64,000 bases of DNA from an uncultured Oscillospiraceae bacterium (GCA_947625355.1 CANQOA010000004.1:15262-79261), one strand, 5' to 3'. Shown: positions 49,393-60,685, numbered from the stretch's first letter. A program made the numbers and translations. The notes: a model not told the origin generated them from the letters alone.

Positions 49393-51303
49393 ATGCTTTG
49401 GTATCTAACGATCATCTTCCCCCTGGCGGTGGCGCTGTTCGCGCTGATATGGACATACCGCTGGGCGGCGATCCGCCGGCAGGCGGTCCCCGACGCCGAG
49501 GCTCTTGCCGAGCGGACGGCCCGCATGGCCGAAGGCGGCGGGAAACGTGAGGACGCCCTGCCCAAGCGGAAGCTCATGGACCGGAAGGATTGGGCGGTGC
49601 TGGCCGTCATCACCGGCGTGTATGCCGTGGTCGCGTTTTTCGGCCTGGGCTCCACCAAGGCGCCCCAGACCTATCTGCACTACGCCGGGGGCAACACCTA
49701 CGCCCTCATAGAGCTGCGCCAGCCCCAGACGATCACCGGGCTCCGGTACTGGTCCGGGCTGTGCACGGCGGATTACCAGCTGCAGTTCTCCATGGACAAC
49801 GAGACCTGGACCGACCAGCTCCAGGATGACGGCACCTCGGGCATGACCCAGCGGTATACCCAGCTGTTCCGGTGGAACGACGCCGTCCTCAACGCCGACC
49901 AGGGCCCGGTGCGGTATATCCGCATCATCTCCGGCGCGGAACAGTATCTGGGGGAGGTGGCGATCTATGGGGAGGACGGCGCGCTCCTCTCCCCGGAGGA
50001 CCTGATCGTGGCGCCCGGCTGCGAGATGCTCTTTGACGAGCAGGACGTGATCCCCGAGGCATACTCTTTCAAAAACGGCACCTATTTCGACGAGATCTAC
50101 CACGCGCGCACGGCGCTGGAGATGATCGAGAACATCTGGCCCTATGAGATCACCCATCCGCCCCTGGGCAAGGCCATCCTGTCCCTGGGCATCCGGCTGT
50201 TCGGCATGACGCCCTTCGGCTGGCGGTTCATGGGCACGCTCCTGGGGGTGCTGATGCTGCCGCTGCTGTACCTGCTGCTGAAGAGGATGTTCGGGTATCT
50301 GGCCGTGGCCGCGGCCGGCAGCACGGTATTCGCCTTCGATTTCATGCACTTCGTGCAGACCCGCATCGCCACCATCGACACGTATGTGGTGTTTTTTATC
50401 CTGGCGATGTATCTTTTCATGTACCTGTGGCTCACCGAGCCGACGGAGCGGGGCCGATGGAAGCTGCTGTGGCTGGGCTTGGCCGGGGCTAGCTTCGGCC
50501 TGGGCGCGGCCAGCAAGTGGACGGGCATCTATGCCGGCGTGGGCCTGGGCGTGATATGGCTGGTCCATTGGGCGGTGACGTTCCTGCGGGCCGGGAAGGC
50601 GGGGGACTGGAAAAAGCCCCTGGGGGCCTTCTGGCGCAACGTGGGCTGGTGCGTTCTGTTTTTCGTGGCGGTGCCCTGCCTCATCTACTACGTCAGCTAC
50701 TGGTCCTATGCCCCCAGCCAGGGGGTGGACGGGCCCTTCCGGCTGTTCAAGCCCGGGTATTTGAAGATCGTGCTGGACAACCAGAAGTATATGTGGGACT
50801 ACCACTCCGACCTGGTGGCGACCCATCCCTATTCCTCCAAGTGGTACCAGTGGCTGTTCGACGTGCGGCCCATTTTGTATTATCTCGCCTATCCCAGCGC
50901 GGGGGTCACGGTCTCCTTTGGGGCCTTCAATAACCCCCTGGTGGCCTGGGGCGGTCTGCTGGCCATGGCGGGCATGGGCTGGCTGGCCGTGCGGGAGCGG
51001 GATGAGCGGGCGGCGTTCATCCTCATCGGATATCTGGCCAACCTGCTGCCCTGGGTGCTGGTCACCCGCCTGACCTGGTCCTATCACTACTTCCCATGCC
51101 TGGTGTTCCTGGTGCTGGCCATCAGCTACATCTTCGCCGACCTGCGCCGCCGGGACGCCCGCTGGGCCGCCGCGCTGGGGAGCTTCACCGCGCTGACGGT
51201 AGTGCTGTTCTGTGTGTTTTACCCGGTGCTGGCGGGCGTGCCCCGGAGCGAGACGTACAGCAAGATATTCCTGAAATGGTTTGCGGACACATGGCCTTTT
51301 TAA
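49393..51303 (+). CDS. GT39/PMT-like (dolichyl-phosphate-mannose protein mannosyltransferase family) polytopic glycosyltransferase with an inserted discoidin-like domain
   Basis: YFDEIYHARTA...HPPLGK loop-1 motif and many TM helices. Residues about 75-205 resemble an F5/8 type C domain. Confidence 0.75.
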   Translation: MLWYLTIIFPLAVALFALIWTYRWAAIRRQAVPDAEALAERTARMAEGGGKREDALPKRKLMDRKDWAVLAVITGVYAVVAFFGLGSTKAPQTYLHYAGGNTYALIELRQPQTITGLRYWSGLCTADYQLQFSMDNETWTDQLQDDGTSGMTQRYTQLFRWNDAVLNADQGPVRYIRIISGAEQYLGEVAIYGEDGALLSPEDLIVAPGCEMLFDEQDVIPEAYSFKNGTYFDEIYHARTALEMIENIWPYEITHPPLGKAILSLGIRLFGMTPFGWRFMGTLLGVLMLPLLYLLLKRMFGYLAVAAAGSTVFAFDFMHFVQTRIATIDTYVVFFILAMYLFMYLWLTEPTERGRWKLLWLGLAGASFGLGAASKWTGIYAGVGLGVIWLVHWAVTFLRAGKAGDWKKPLGAFWRNVGWCVLFFVAVPCLIYYVSYWSYAPSQGVDGPFRLFKPGYLKIVLDNQKYMWDYHSDLVATHPYSSKWYQWLFDVRPILYYLAYPSAGVTVSFGAFNNPLVAWGGLLAMAGMGWLAVRERDERAAFILIGYLANLLPWVLVTRLTWSYHYFPCLVFLVLAISYIFADLRRRDARWAAALGSFTALTVVLFCVFYPVLAGVPRSETYSKIFLKWFADTWPF

Positions 51304-52106
51304 CGGATCAACATTGCCATACTGACATCTCTCTGGACAGTACCGCGTCCTATCTGGACATGGTACAGGCCGCCTATGCCGCCGGGGTGCGGTGGCTGTG
51401 CATCACGGACCACTGCGACACGGTGGACTGGCGGACCCTGGAGCTGTATCCCCCCTGCCGGGATGTGGCCCGGCGGGAGCTGGAAGCCTATGAGGCAAAC
51501 CTCGACCGGGTCCCCAAGGACATGACCGTGCGCATGGGGGTGGAGCTGGCGGAGCTCATCTTCCACCCGGAGCTGAAGGAGGAGCTGTCCAGCCCGCCAT
51601 GGCTCGACTTCGTCCTGGGCTCCTACCACATCACGAGAGAATACGGCGACTACCACGAGCTGACCTATACGCCGGCGTTCTGCGAGAAGCTGTGGGATAT
51701 CTATCTGCGGGACCTGCAGCAGGTGGCGGAGATGGATTACTTCGACGTGATGGCCCACATCGGCTATGTGCGCCGGTACGCCATGGCCCAGGGCGTGGAC
51801 GCGGGGCTCTCATTGGCCCGCCACGGCGACCGGATCGAGCACCTGCTGCGGACCCTGATCCAAAACGGCCGGGGCATCGAGATCAACTGCTCCGGCATCC
51901 GGGACGGCTGCGGCCCCTTCCCGTCGGAGGAGATCCTGCGGCTGTATAAGAGCCTGGGCGGCGAGATCGTCACCGTGGGCTCCGACGCCCACCGGCCCCA
52001 GGACGCCGCCAAGGGCTTGGCCCGGGGACAGCAGATCCTGCGGGAATGCGGCTTTCGGTATGTGGCGCTGTTCACCAAGCGCAAGCCGCAGTTCATGCCA
52101 TTGTAA
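51291..52106 (+). CDS. PHP-domain phosphoesterase (HisJ/histidinol-phosphatase family)
   Basis: MAFLTDQHCHTDISLD..., ITDHCD and GSDAHRP. The start overlaps the last 13 nt of the upstream gene. Confidence 0.8.
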   Translation: MAFLTDQHCHTDISLDSTASYLDMVQAAYAAGVRWLCITDHCDTVDWRTLELYPPCRDVARRELEAYEANLDRVPKDMTVRMGVELAELIFHPELKEELSSPPWLDFVLGSYHITREYGDYHELTYTPAFCEKLWDIYLRDLQQVAEMDYFDVMAHIGYVRRYAMAQGVDAGLSLARHGDRIEHLLRTLIQNGRGIEINCSGIRDGCGPFPSEEILRLYKSLGGEIVTVGSDAHRPQDAAKGLARGQQILRECGFRYVALFTKRKPQFMPL

Positions 52107-52125
52107 AAAAGGAGGATCGACGGTC

Positions 52126-52560
52126 ATGATCGCGATCGCATCGGACCACGGGGGCTACGCCCTCAAACAGACCATTTTGGAACACCTGGCCGGCCGGGGC
52201 ATCCCGGCGGAGGACCTGGGCTGCGGCGGCGAGCGGGTGGACTATCCCGCTTATGCGGAAAAGCTGTGCCGCGCCGTGGCGGCCGGGCAGTATGAGCGGG
52301 GCATCCTCTGCTGCGGCACGGGCATCGGCATGTCCATCGCCGCCAACAAGATCCCCGGCATCCGTGCGGCCCTGTGCGGGGACTGCTACAGCGCCGGGAT
52401 GAGCCGCCAGCACAACGACGCCAACGTGCTGTGCCTGGGCGGCCGCGTGCTGGGGACGGAGCTGGCCAAAAAGATCGTGGACACCTATCTGGACACCGGC
52501 TTCTCCAATGGGGAGAGCCACAGCCGCCGCATCGCGATGATCAAGGACCTGGAGGGATAA
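52126..52560 (+). CDS. rpiB: Ribose-5-phosphate isomerase B
   Basis: MIAIASDHGGYALK...CGTGIGMSIAANK. AAGGAGG SD. Confidence 0.9.
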   Translation: MIAIASDHGGYALKQTILEHLAGRGIPAEDLGCGGERVDYPAYAEKLCRAVAAGQYERGILCCGTGIGMSIAANKIPGIRAALCGDCYSAGMSRQHNDANVLCLGGRVLGTELAKKIVDTYLDTGFSNGESHSRRIAMIKDLEG

Positions 52561-53672
52561 TGCCGTACCGTCCCAAGGACATATACAGAGGCCACCGGAA
52601 GTTCCGCTCGCCTCTGAGCATATTGCTGTTCGTGATGGCCTTCCTGGTGGTGGGCGCCATAGGGCTGTTCTTTTTCCTGCAGCAGTACATCGTCTATGAC
52701 GCCGCCGGCGTCCGGCTCGAGCTGCCCTTTGGCAGGGAGGAGGCCCCCGCGGAGGAGCAGGGCCAGCCCGCCCCGACGCCGACCTTTGAGCCGCTGACGG
52801 TGGAGGTCATCTGGGAGGACCCGGATTTTGAGGACGTGGACATGGGCGGCTGGGAGGACCTGAAGCCCGTGCAGGACCGGTTCGTCGCCCTGAGCGACGT
52901 GACGAATCCCCAGGCGCTGGCGGAGGCTGTGGCCAGCGTGACCGACGGGAACTTTTACAGCGGGGCCATCCTGCAGGTGAAGGATCCGTCCGGACAGCTG
53001 GCCTGGCCGTCCAGCTGCGCCACCGCCATCTCCTACGGGACCAGCGGCATCACGGACCTGTCCGGGACCATCGCCACCCTCCATGAGGCGGGCAAGACCG
53101 TGGCCGCCCAGATCAGCTGCTTTACCGACAATCTGCTGTGTACCCGGAACCCGTCCGTGGCGCTCCAATCGGGGGGCTACGCCTACCGGGATGAGAACGG
53201 CGCGTCCTGGATGGACCCCTATAACCGGACCGTGCGGGCCTATGTGACCGACATGGCCCGGGAGCTGGCCGCCATGGGCTTTGACGAGATCATCCTGGCG
53301 GACTTTTACCACCCGATCTCGGAGGCCGGCTTCACCTATACCGTGACGCTGCGGACCCCGGCGGACCCGGTGGTGGCCGTGTGCCAGCTGGGCAAGCGGG
53401 TGGCGGAGGCGCTGCAGGACACCGGCACGGCGGTCTCCGCCCGGCTGAACGCGGCCAGCCTGCGGGCCGGGCAGAGCGCGCAGACCGGCCAGGACCTGGA
53501 TATTTTCTGGCGGCTGTTCGCCCGGCTGTACTGTCCCACCAGCCCGGACCTTCTGGCCGGGGACCTGGAGCTGGCGACGGAGGTCATGAACGGCGGCGAC
53601 GCGAATGTGCGGTTCGTCCCGATCATGGGTCTGATGCCGGAGGGACACGACTCCTTCGTGATCGCGTGGTGA
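52560..53672 (+). CDS. Membrane-anchored putative glycoside-hydrolase-like protein (DUF4015-like)
   Basis: N-terminal TM segment (LSILLFVMAFLVVGAIGLFFF). WMDPYNRTVRAYVTDMARELAAMGFDEIILADFYHP matches the W.DPY...GFDEI...F pattern I associate with DUF4015. The ATG overlaps the rpiB stop. Confidence 0.55.
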   Translation: MPYRPKDIYRGHRKFRSPLSILLFVMAFLVVGAIGLFFFLQQYIVYDAAGVRLELPFGREEAPAEEQGQPAPTPTFEPLTVEVIWEDPDFEDVDMGGWEDLKPVQDRFVALSDVTNPQALAEAVASVTDGNFYSGAILQVKDPSGQLAWPSSCATAISYGTSGITDLSGTIATLHEAGKTVAAQISCFTDNLLCTRNPSVALQSGGYAYRDENGASWMDPYNRTVRAYVTDMARELAAMGFDEIILADFYHPISEAGFTYTVTLRTPADPVVAVCQLGKRVAEALQDTGTAVSARLNAASLRAGQSAQTGQDLDIFWRLFARLYCPTSPDLLAGDLELATEVMNGGDANVRFVPIMGLMPEGHDSFVIAW

Positions 53673-53673
53673 G

Positions 53674-53714
53674 AAAAAATGCCCGCCCGGAGCAAAGCTC
53701 CGGGCGGGCATTTT
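53674..53714. terminator. Bidirectional terminator
   Basis: AAAAAATGCCCGCCCGGAGC-AAA-GCTCCGGGCGGGCATTTT. Confidence 0.8.
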
Positions 53715-53731
53715 CATAAAAGCCGCTGCCG

Positions 53732-54712
53732 TTATTGATGGGTGTGGAGCGCCTCCAGCACGTCGTAGCGTTCCATCTGCAGGTGCTTGGTCTGCTGCAG
53801 GGCCTCCTCGATGGGGATGGTCACCAGATGGCCGTCATGGGCGGTGATGATGGAGCTGCCATTGCCGTTCAGCAGCGCCTGTACGGCGGCGTAGCCCATG
53901 CGCGTGGCCGTCTCCCGGTCCCGGGCGGTGGGGGAGCCGCCCCGCTGGATGTGGCCCAGGATGGTGACGCGGGGATCGATGCCCAGTTCCTCGTGGATGC
54001 GCTGGCCGATATCCATGGCGCTGCCGGCGCCCTCGGCCACCACGATCATGAAGTGGGTATTGCCCAGCAGCCGGGACCGGCGGATCTGCTCGGCCACGTC
54101 CCGCTGGAAGTCCACCTCCACCTCGGGGATGAGCACGGCGGTGGCGCCCACGGAGATGCCCACATACAGCGCCAGATAGCCGGCATGGCGGCCCATGACC
54201 TCCACCACGGAGCAGCGCTCATGGCTCTGCATGGTGTCCCGCAGCTTGTCGATGCACTGTACGGCGGTGTTGCAGGCGGTGTCGAAGCCGATGGTATAGT
54301 TGGTGCAGCCCACGTCGTTGTCGATGGTGGCGGGGATGCCGACCACCTCCACGCCCCGGCGGGACAGATCCAGCGCGCCCCGGAAGGTGCCGTCGCCGCC
54401 GATGGCCACCACCGCGTCGATGCCCAGCATCTTGCAGGTGGCGACGGCCTTCTCCTGCCCCTCAGGGGTCATGAACTCCTTGCTGCGGGCCGTGTAGAGG
54501 ATGGTGCCGCCGCTGGCCAGGATGTGGCTGACGGAGGAGGAGGTCATGGGGAAGAAGTCCCCGTTGACCAGGCCGTTCCAGCCCCGGCGGATGCCCACGC
54601 ATTCCAGCCCCTGGCCCAGGGCCGTGCGCACCACGGCCCGGACCGCCGCGTTCATTCCGGGGGCGTCGCCGCCGCTGGTGAGAACACCGATCCGTTTGAT
54701 AGGATTGCCCAT
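53732..54712 (-). CDS. pfkA: ATP-dependent 6-phosphofructokinase
   Basis: GVLTSGGDAPGMNAA, IGGDGT, PATIDND and GRHAGYLAL. Confidence 0.93.
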   Translation of the reverse strand: MGNPIKRIGVLTSGGDAPGMNAAVRAVVRTALGQGLECVGIRRGWNGLVNGDFFPMTSSSVSHILASGGTILYTARSKEFMTPEGQEKAVATCKMLGIDAVVAIGGDGTFRGALDLSRRGVEVVGIPATIDNDVGCTNYTIGFDTACNTAVQCIDKLRDTMQSHERCSVVEVMGRHAGYLALYVGISVGATAVLIPEVEVDFQRDVAEQIRRSRLLGNTHFMIVVAEGAGSAMDIGQRIHEELGIDPRVTILGHIQRGGSPTARDRETATRMGYAAVQALLNGNGSSIITAHDGHLVTIPIEEALQQTKHLQMERYDVLEALHTHQ

Positions 54713-54852
54713 ATCCGTATCGCTCCTTTATGTAGATGAGAATTTTTTGCCCGATTTGCGGAGGTTTCCGGGAAAAGCCTCGGGCAGTCCCGGAAAACGA
54801 ACGCTTTTGTTTCGAGAGGATCCATTCGCGGATATCATATCATAAACCTGGG

Positions 54853-54890
54853 AAAAAGCAAGCCCGGAGCGGTCGCTCCGGGCACTTTTT
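54853..54890 (-). terminator. Terminator after clpB
   Basis: On the minus strand, GCCCGGAGC-GACC-GCTCCGGGC followed by TTGCTTTTT. Confidence 0.7.
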
Positions 54891-54894
54891 CTTT

Positions 54895-57489
<2,595 letters not shown>

Positions 57490-57666
57490 ATAAGGTCACT
57501 TCCTTTTGAAATACTTTCCTGGCTGTGCATAGGGCAGCATTTTGCTCGCCTAACGGGCGGCAAGGACCGGCAGGGCCCCGCACGCGGTTGGTGAGCATCG
57601 CGAACTTTAGCGGGAGGGGTCCTGTCGGACGAGACCGCCTTTTGCCTCGCCGCATGCCGTGATGGT

Positions 57667-58317
57667 TTATAGGATCGTGTTGCCCTCCCGGAGCCAGCGG
57701 ATATACTCCGCCTCCACGTCCCGGGCGGACAGGCTCCCGGCCAGCACGCCTTTCATCAGCCGGTCGAACAGCCGCACGTAGGCGCTGATGGCTCCGGCCA
57801 CATCGGCGCTGGAATAATCCCGCCGACCGGGCAGATCCAGGGTGCGGGTGAACCGGCCGGGGTACAGGGCGTACTCCACCGGCACGGGGTGATAGGCCGA
57901 GATCAGTTCATCCTCCACCTCTTTCCAGAGCCGGAAAAACCGCCCCATGGCGTCCAGCAGCTCCTGGGACTGGGTGCGGAACACCACGCTCAGCTCCCCC
58001 AGGGTCCCCTCCCGGTCCCGGTACAGCTCCACGGAGTATTTCACCGTGGGCCGGTAGCGGTACTGGAGGCTGGACTTCATGCTCATGCTCATGGCGTTGG
58101 GGGCCACGAAGGGCACCAGGTCCTGGTCCGTGCCCAGGATCTCCCCGATCTGCCGGAAGATGTCCTGGACCTGCCGCTCCGGCGTCACCATATCCGTGTA
58201 CTCGGCCAGGATCTGGTTGACCAGCGCCGAGCGGTTGGTGCCCATCCGGTGGGCCAGGGCGTCCACCGCCCGGACCACGTCGTCCGAAAGCATCAGGCTG
58301 TACAGGGTCTTTTTCAT
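57667..58317 (-). CDS. Ribbon-helix-helix (CopG/Arc-like) domain protein with a roughly 170-aa uncharacterised C-terminal domain
   Basis: Trimmed to MKKTLYSLMLSDDVVRAVDALAHRMGTNRSALVNQILAEY... (GAGGTGA SD). The N-terminal beta-alpha-alpha pattern is typical of RHH. I do not recognise the remainder. Confidence 0.6.
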   Translation of the reverse strand: MKKTLYSLMLSDDVVRAVDALAHRMGTNRSALVNQILAEYTDMVTPERQVQDIFRQIGEILGTDQDLVPFVAPNAMSMSMKSSLQYRYRPTVKYSVELYRDREGTLGELSVVFRTQSQELLDAMGRFFRLWKEVEDELISAYHPVPVEYALYPGRFTRTLDLPGRRDYSSADVAGAISAYVRLFDRLMKGVLAGSLSARDVEAEYIRWLREGNTIL

Positions 58318-58336
58318 ATCTCTCACCTCGACAACA

Positions 58337-58365
58337 ATGTTACACCGGTATATAAACTTTGTCAA
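58337..58365 (-). promoter_or_regulatory. Sigma-A-type promoter of the RHH gene (TTGACA-17-TAACAT on the minus strand)
   Basis: Plus-strand tgtcaa at 58360-58365 and atgtta at 58337-58342. Confidence 0.5.
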
Positions 58366-58384
58366 GCGATTTATATAAACTTTG
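58349..58384. promoter_or_regulatory. Tandem 13-nt direct repeat TATATAAACTTTG, 23-bp period, candidate RHH operator
   Basis: Copies at 58349-58361 and 58372-58384. The first overlaps the -35 and spacer of the RHH promoter. The second lies between the divergent promoters. Confidence 0.45.
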
Positions 58385-58403
58385 CAAATATTTTTGCTTT
58401 GAC

Positions 58404-58432
58404 TTGTACTTTTCCGCGCGACATGGTATATT
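58404..58432 (+). promoter_or_regulatory. Promoter of the ABC-F leader transcript (TTGTAC-17-TATATT with TG extension)
   Basis: TTGTAC at 58404-58409 and TGGTATATT ending at 58432. Confidence 0.5.
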
Positions 58433-58463
58433 GTTCCCATCAAATACGATTTGAGGTGAAAAG

Positions 58464-58484
58464 ATGATCTCTGCTTCCTGCTGA
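58464..58484 (+). CDS. Candidate regulatory leader peptide MISASC (6 codons)
   Basis: GAGGTGA SD 4 nt upstream. ATG ATC TCT GCT TCC TGC TGA. It sits about 120 nt upstream of an intrinsic terminator that precedes the ABC-F gene. Confidence 0.45.
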   Translation: MISASC

Positions 58485-58605
58485 CAGCTTTGGCATGATG
58501 GGGCAAAAATGCCCGGCGGCGCGCGCCGCCTTCTCGTCATGCCGGCCTTGCGGGGAGCGGCATTCTTTTCAACTGATCTGCGGCATGGGGCACCATGCCC
58601 TCCGT

Positions 58606-58646
58606 CGGCTGTGGGAGACGTTCTCCCGCGGCCGATTCTGATTTTT
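58606..58646 (+). terminator. Attenuator terminator immediately upstream of the ABC-F RBS
   Basis: CGGCTGTGGGAGA-CGT-TCTCCCGCGGCCG, 13 bp with two G-U pairs, followed by ATTCTGATTTTT. AAGGAGGG follows at 58647-58654. Confidence 0.6.
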
Positions 58647-58660
58647 AAGGAGGGCATGAC

Positions 58661-60127
58661 ATGTCATTGATCGACGTTTCCAACTTGACCTTCGCCTACG
58701 GCGACGGCTACGACTATGTTTTCGACCACGCCAGCTTCCAGATCGACACGGACTGGCGCCTGGGCTTCACCGGCCGCAACGGCCGGGGCAAGACCACTTT
58801 TTTGAAGCTGCTCATGGGGGAGCATAAGTACCAGGGGACGATCACCGCGTCGGTGGACTTTGAGTATTTCCCCTATCCGGTGGCGGACATGGACGCAGAC
58901 ACCGCCGATGTGCTGGCGGCCGTGTGTCCCGAGGCGCCGGAATGGGAGTTTGAGCGGGAGCTGGGAAAGCTGGCGGTGGACGAGGGGGCGCTGTACCGGC
59001 CCTTTTCCACCCTTTCCAACGGCGAGCGCACCAAGGCGCTGCTGGCGGCGCTGTTTTTGCGGGAGAACGCCTTTCTGCTCATCGACGAGCCCACCAACCA
59101 CCTGGACATGCGGGGCCGGGAGCTGGTGAGCCGGTATCTGGCCCGCAAGAAGGGCTTCATCCTGGTCAGCCACGACCGGGCCTTCCTGGACGGCTGCGTG
59201 GACCATATCCTGTCCATCAACCGGGCGAGCATAGAGGTCTGCCGGGGGGATCTTTCCACCTGGTGGGCCAACAAGCAGCGCCAGGACCAGTTCGAGACGG
59301 AGCAGAACGAAAGGCTCAGGAAGGAGATCAAGCGCCTCAAACAGACCGCCCGGGAGAAGGCGGACTGGTCCGACCGGGTCGAGGCCACCAAGATCGGCAA
59401 CGGCCCCTGCGACCGGGGATATGTGGGCCACCAGGCCGCCCGGATGATGCAGCGCTCCAAGGCCATCCAGGCCCGTCAGGAGCGGGCCATCGACGAGAGA
59501 TCGAAGCTCCTCAAGAACATCGACACGGCGGAGGACTTAAAGCTCGCCCAGCCGGAATACCGCAGCCCCCGGCTGCTGTATTTGAAGGACGTGGCGGTGG
59601 ATTACGGAGCCGGTCCCGTGTGCGCGCCGGTGTCCTTCACGGTGGAGCGGGGCGACCGGGTGGCGCTGCTGGGAGCCAACGGCGCGGGCAAGAGCAGCAT
59701 TTTGAAGCTCATCTGCGGGGAGGATATCCCCCATACGGGCACGTTCGAGGCCGGCGGCGGTCTGGTCATCTCCTACGTGGCCCAGGACACCTCCGGCCTG
59801 GCCGGGAGCCTGATGGGATACGCGGAGCGGTGCGGCGTGGATGTGAGCCTGTTTCTGGCGATCCTGCGCAAGCTGGACTTTGAGCGGAGCCAGTTTGAAA
59901 AGGACCTGGCGGACTTCTCCGCCGGACAGAAGAAAAAGGTGCTCATCGCCCGGAGCCTCTCCCAGCGGGCCCACCTGCTGGTATGGGACGAGCCGCTCAA
60001 TTACATCGACCTGATCAGCCGCATGCAGATCGAGCAGCTCCTGCTGCGGGCAAAGCCCACGCTCCTATTCGTGGAGCACGACCGGACCTTCTGCGAGAAG
60101 GTCGCCACCAAGACCGTGGCGCTGTGA
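58661..60127 (+). CDS. ABC-F ATPase of the Lsa-like (ARE, ribosomal-protection type) group
   Basis: 488 aa with two ABC modules and no TM domain. From memory, it is colinear with Lsa-type proteins (WRLGFTGRNGRGKTTFLKLL, FSTLSNGERTK, IDEPTNHLD, ILVSHDRAFLD, the KEIKRLKQTAREKADWS linker and FSAGQKKKV). Confidence 0.8.
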   Translation: MSLIDVSNLTFAYGDGYDYVFDHASFQIDTDWRLGFTGRNGRGKTTFLKLLMGEHKYQGTITASVDFEYFPYPVADMDADTADVLAAVCPEAPEWEFERELGKLAVDEGALYRPFSTLSNGERTKALLAALFLRENAFLLIDEPTNHLDMRGRELVSRYLARKKGFILVSHDRAFLDGCVDHILSINRASIEVCRGDLSTWWANKQRQDQFETEQNERLRKEIKRLKQTAREKADWSDRVEATKIGNGPCDRGYVGHQAARMMQRSKAIQARQERAIDERSKLLKNIDTAEDLKLAQPEYRSPRLLYLKDVAVDYGAGPVCAPVSFTVERGDRVALLGANGAGKSSILKLICGEDIPHTGTFEAGGGLVISYVAQDTSGLAGSLMGYAERCGVDVSLFLAILRKLDFERSQFEKDLADFSAGQKKKVLIARSLSQRAHLLVWDEPLNYIDLISRMQIEQLLLRAKPTLLFVEHDRTFCEKVATKTVAL

Positions 60128-60131
60128 AAAA

Positions 60132-60172
60132 GTCCCCGGAAGGGCCTTGGCCCTCCCGGGGACATAGTTTTT
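60132..60172. terminator. Bidirectional terminator
   Basis: GTCCCCGGAAGGGCC-TT-GGCCCTCCCGGGGAC followed by ATAGTTTTT. Confidence 0.7.
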
Positions 60173-60180
60173 CTCCGGAG

Positions 60181-60567
60181 CTACACGTAATACGGATTGG
60201 GCTTGAACAGCAGCGCGATCAGATCGATCAGCGCCCCCACGCCGAAAAGGCCCGCCGTGAGCAGGTATAAGATGCCCATCCCTGTCTTCCCTTCATAGAA
60301 CTTGTGCGCTCCCAGGAAGCCCAGAAACAGACACAGCAGGAACGCCACCCACTTATTCTTCGGCCGGCCGTATCTTCCGCCGATATTGGCGTTGACGTTG
60401 GAGTTCGTATTGCTGTTGTTGATCACCACGCTCGGCTGCGCGGCCTCGCTCTTGACGGTCTCCACCTGCCTGCCGCACGCCGTGCAGACGACGGCGTCCG
60501 CCGGTATTTTTGCGCCGCAGTGTTTGCAGAATTTCGTCGTTGTTCTTTCCTGTGTTTCCTGATCCAT
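60181..60567 (-). CDS. Zinc-ribbon + TM2 domain membrane protein
   Basis: N-terminal [19 protein letters not shown], an Asn-rich linker, and a C-terminal TM2 domain ([33 protein letters not shown]...GALIDLI). Confidence 0.75.
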   Translation of the reverse strand: MDQETQERTTTKFCKHCGAKIPADAVVCTACGRQVETVKSEAAQPSVVINNSNTNSNVNANIGGRYGRPKNKWVAFLLCLFLGFLGAHKFYEGKTGMGILYLLTAGLFGVGALIDLIALLFKPNPYYV

Positions 60568-60600
60568 CGCGCGTCCCTCCGTCTAGATAAGAGTGGCATA

Positions 60601-60639
60601 ACTCTAACACATATGTATTCATTTGTCAACATATGTGTT
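60601..60639 (-). promoter_or_regulatory. TM2-gene promoter (TTGACA-17-TAGAGT on the minus strand) overlapped by an 11-bp inverted repeat
   Basis: Plus-strand tgtcaa at 60624-60629 and actcta at 60601-60606. The inverted repeat is AACACATATGT (60606-60616) and ACATATGTGTT (60629-60639). Confidence 0.5.
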
Positions 60640-60685
60640 CAATAGCGGACGCCGTGCCTCATAGAATATACATAGAGGTGGAACT

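Noticed and set aside
57490-57666. A possible small ORF (about 60 codons, starting ATGCGGCGAGGC... on the minus strand) or an ncRNA in the gap upstream of clpB.
   Set aside because: The ORF is Arg-rich, has no SD and overlaps the clpB start out of frame. I could not fold the region into a convincing conserved-looking structure or match any riboswitch, thermometer or CIRCE motif by eye. I treat it as a probable intra-operon spacer.
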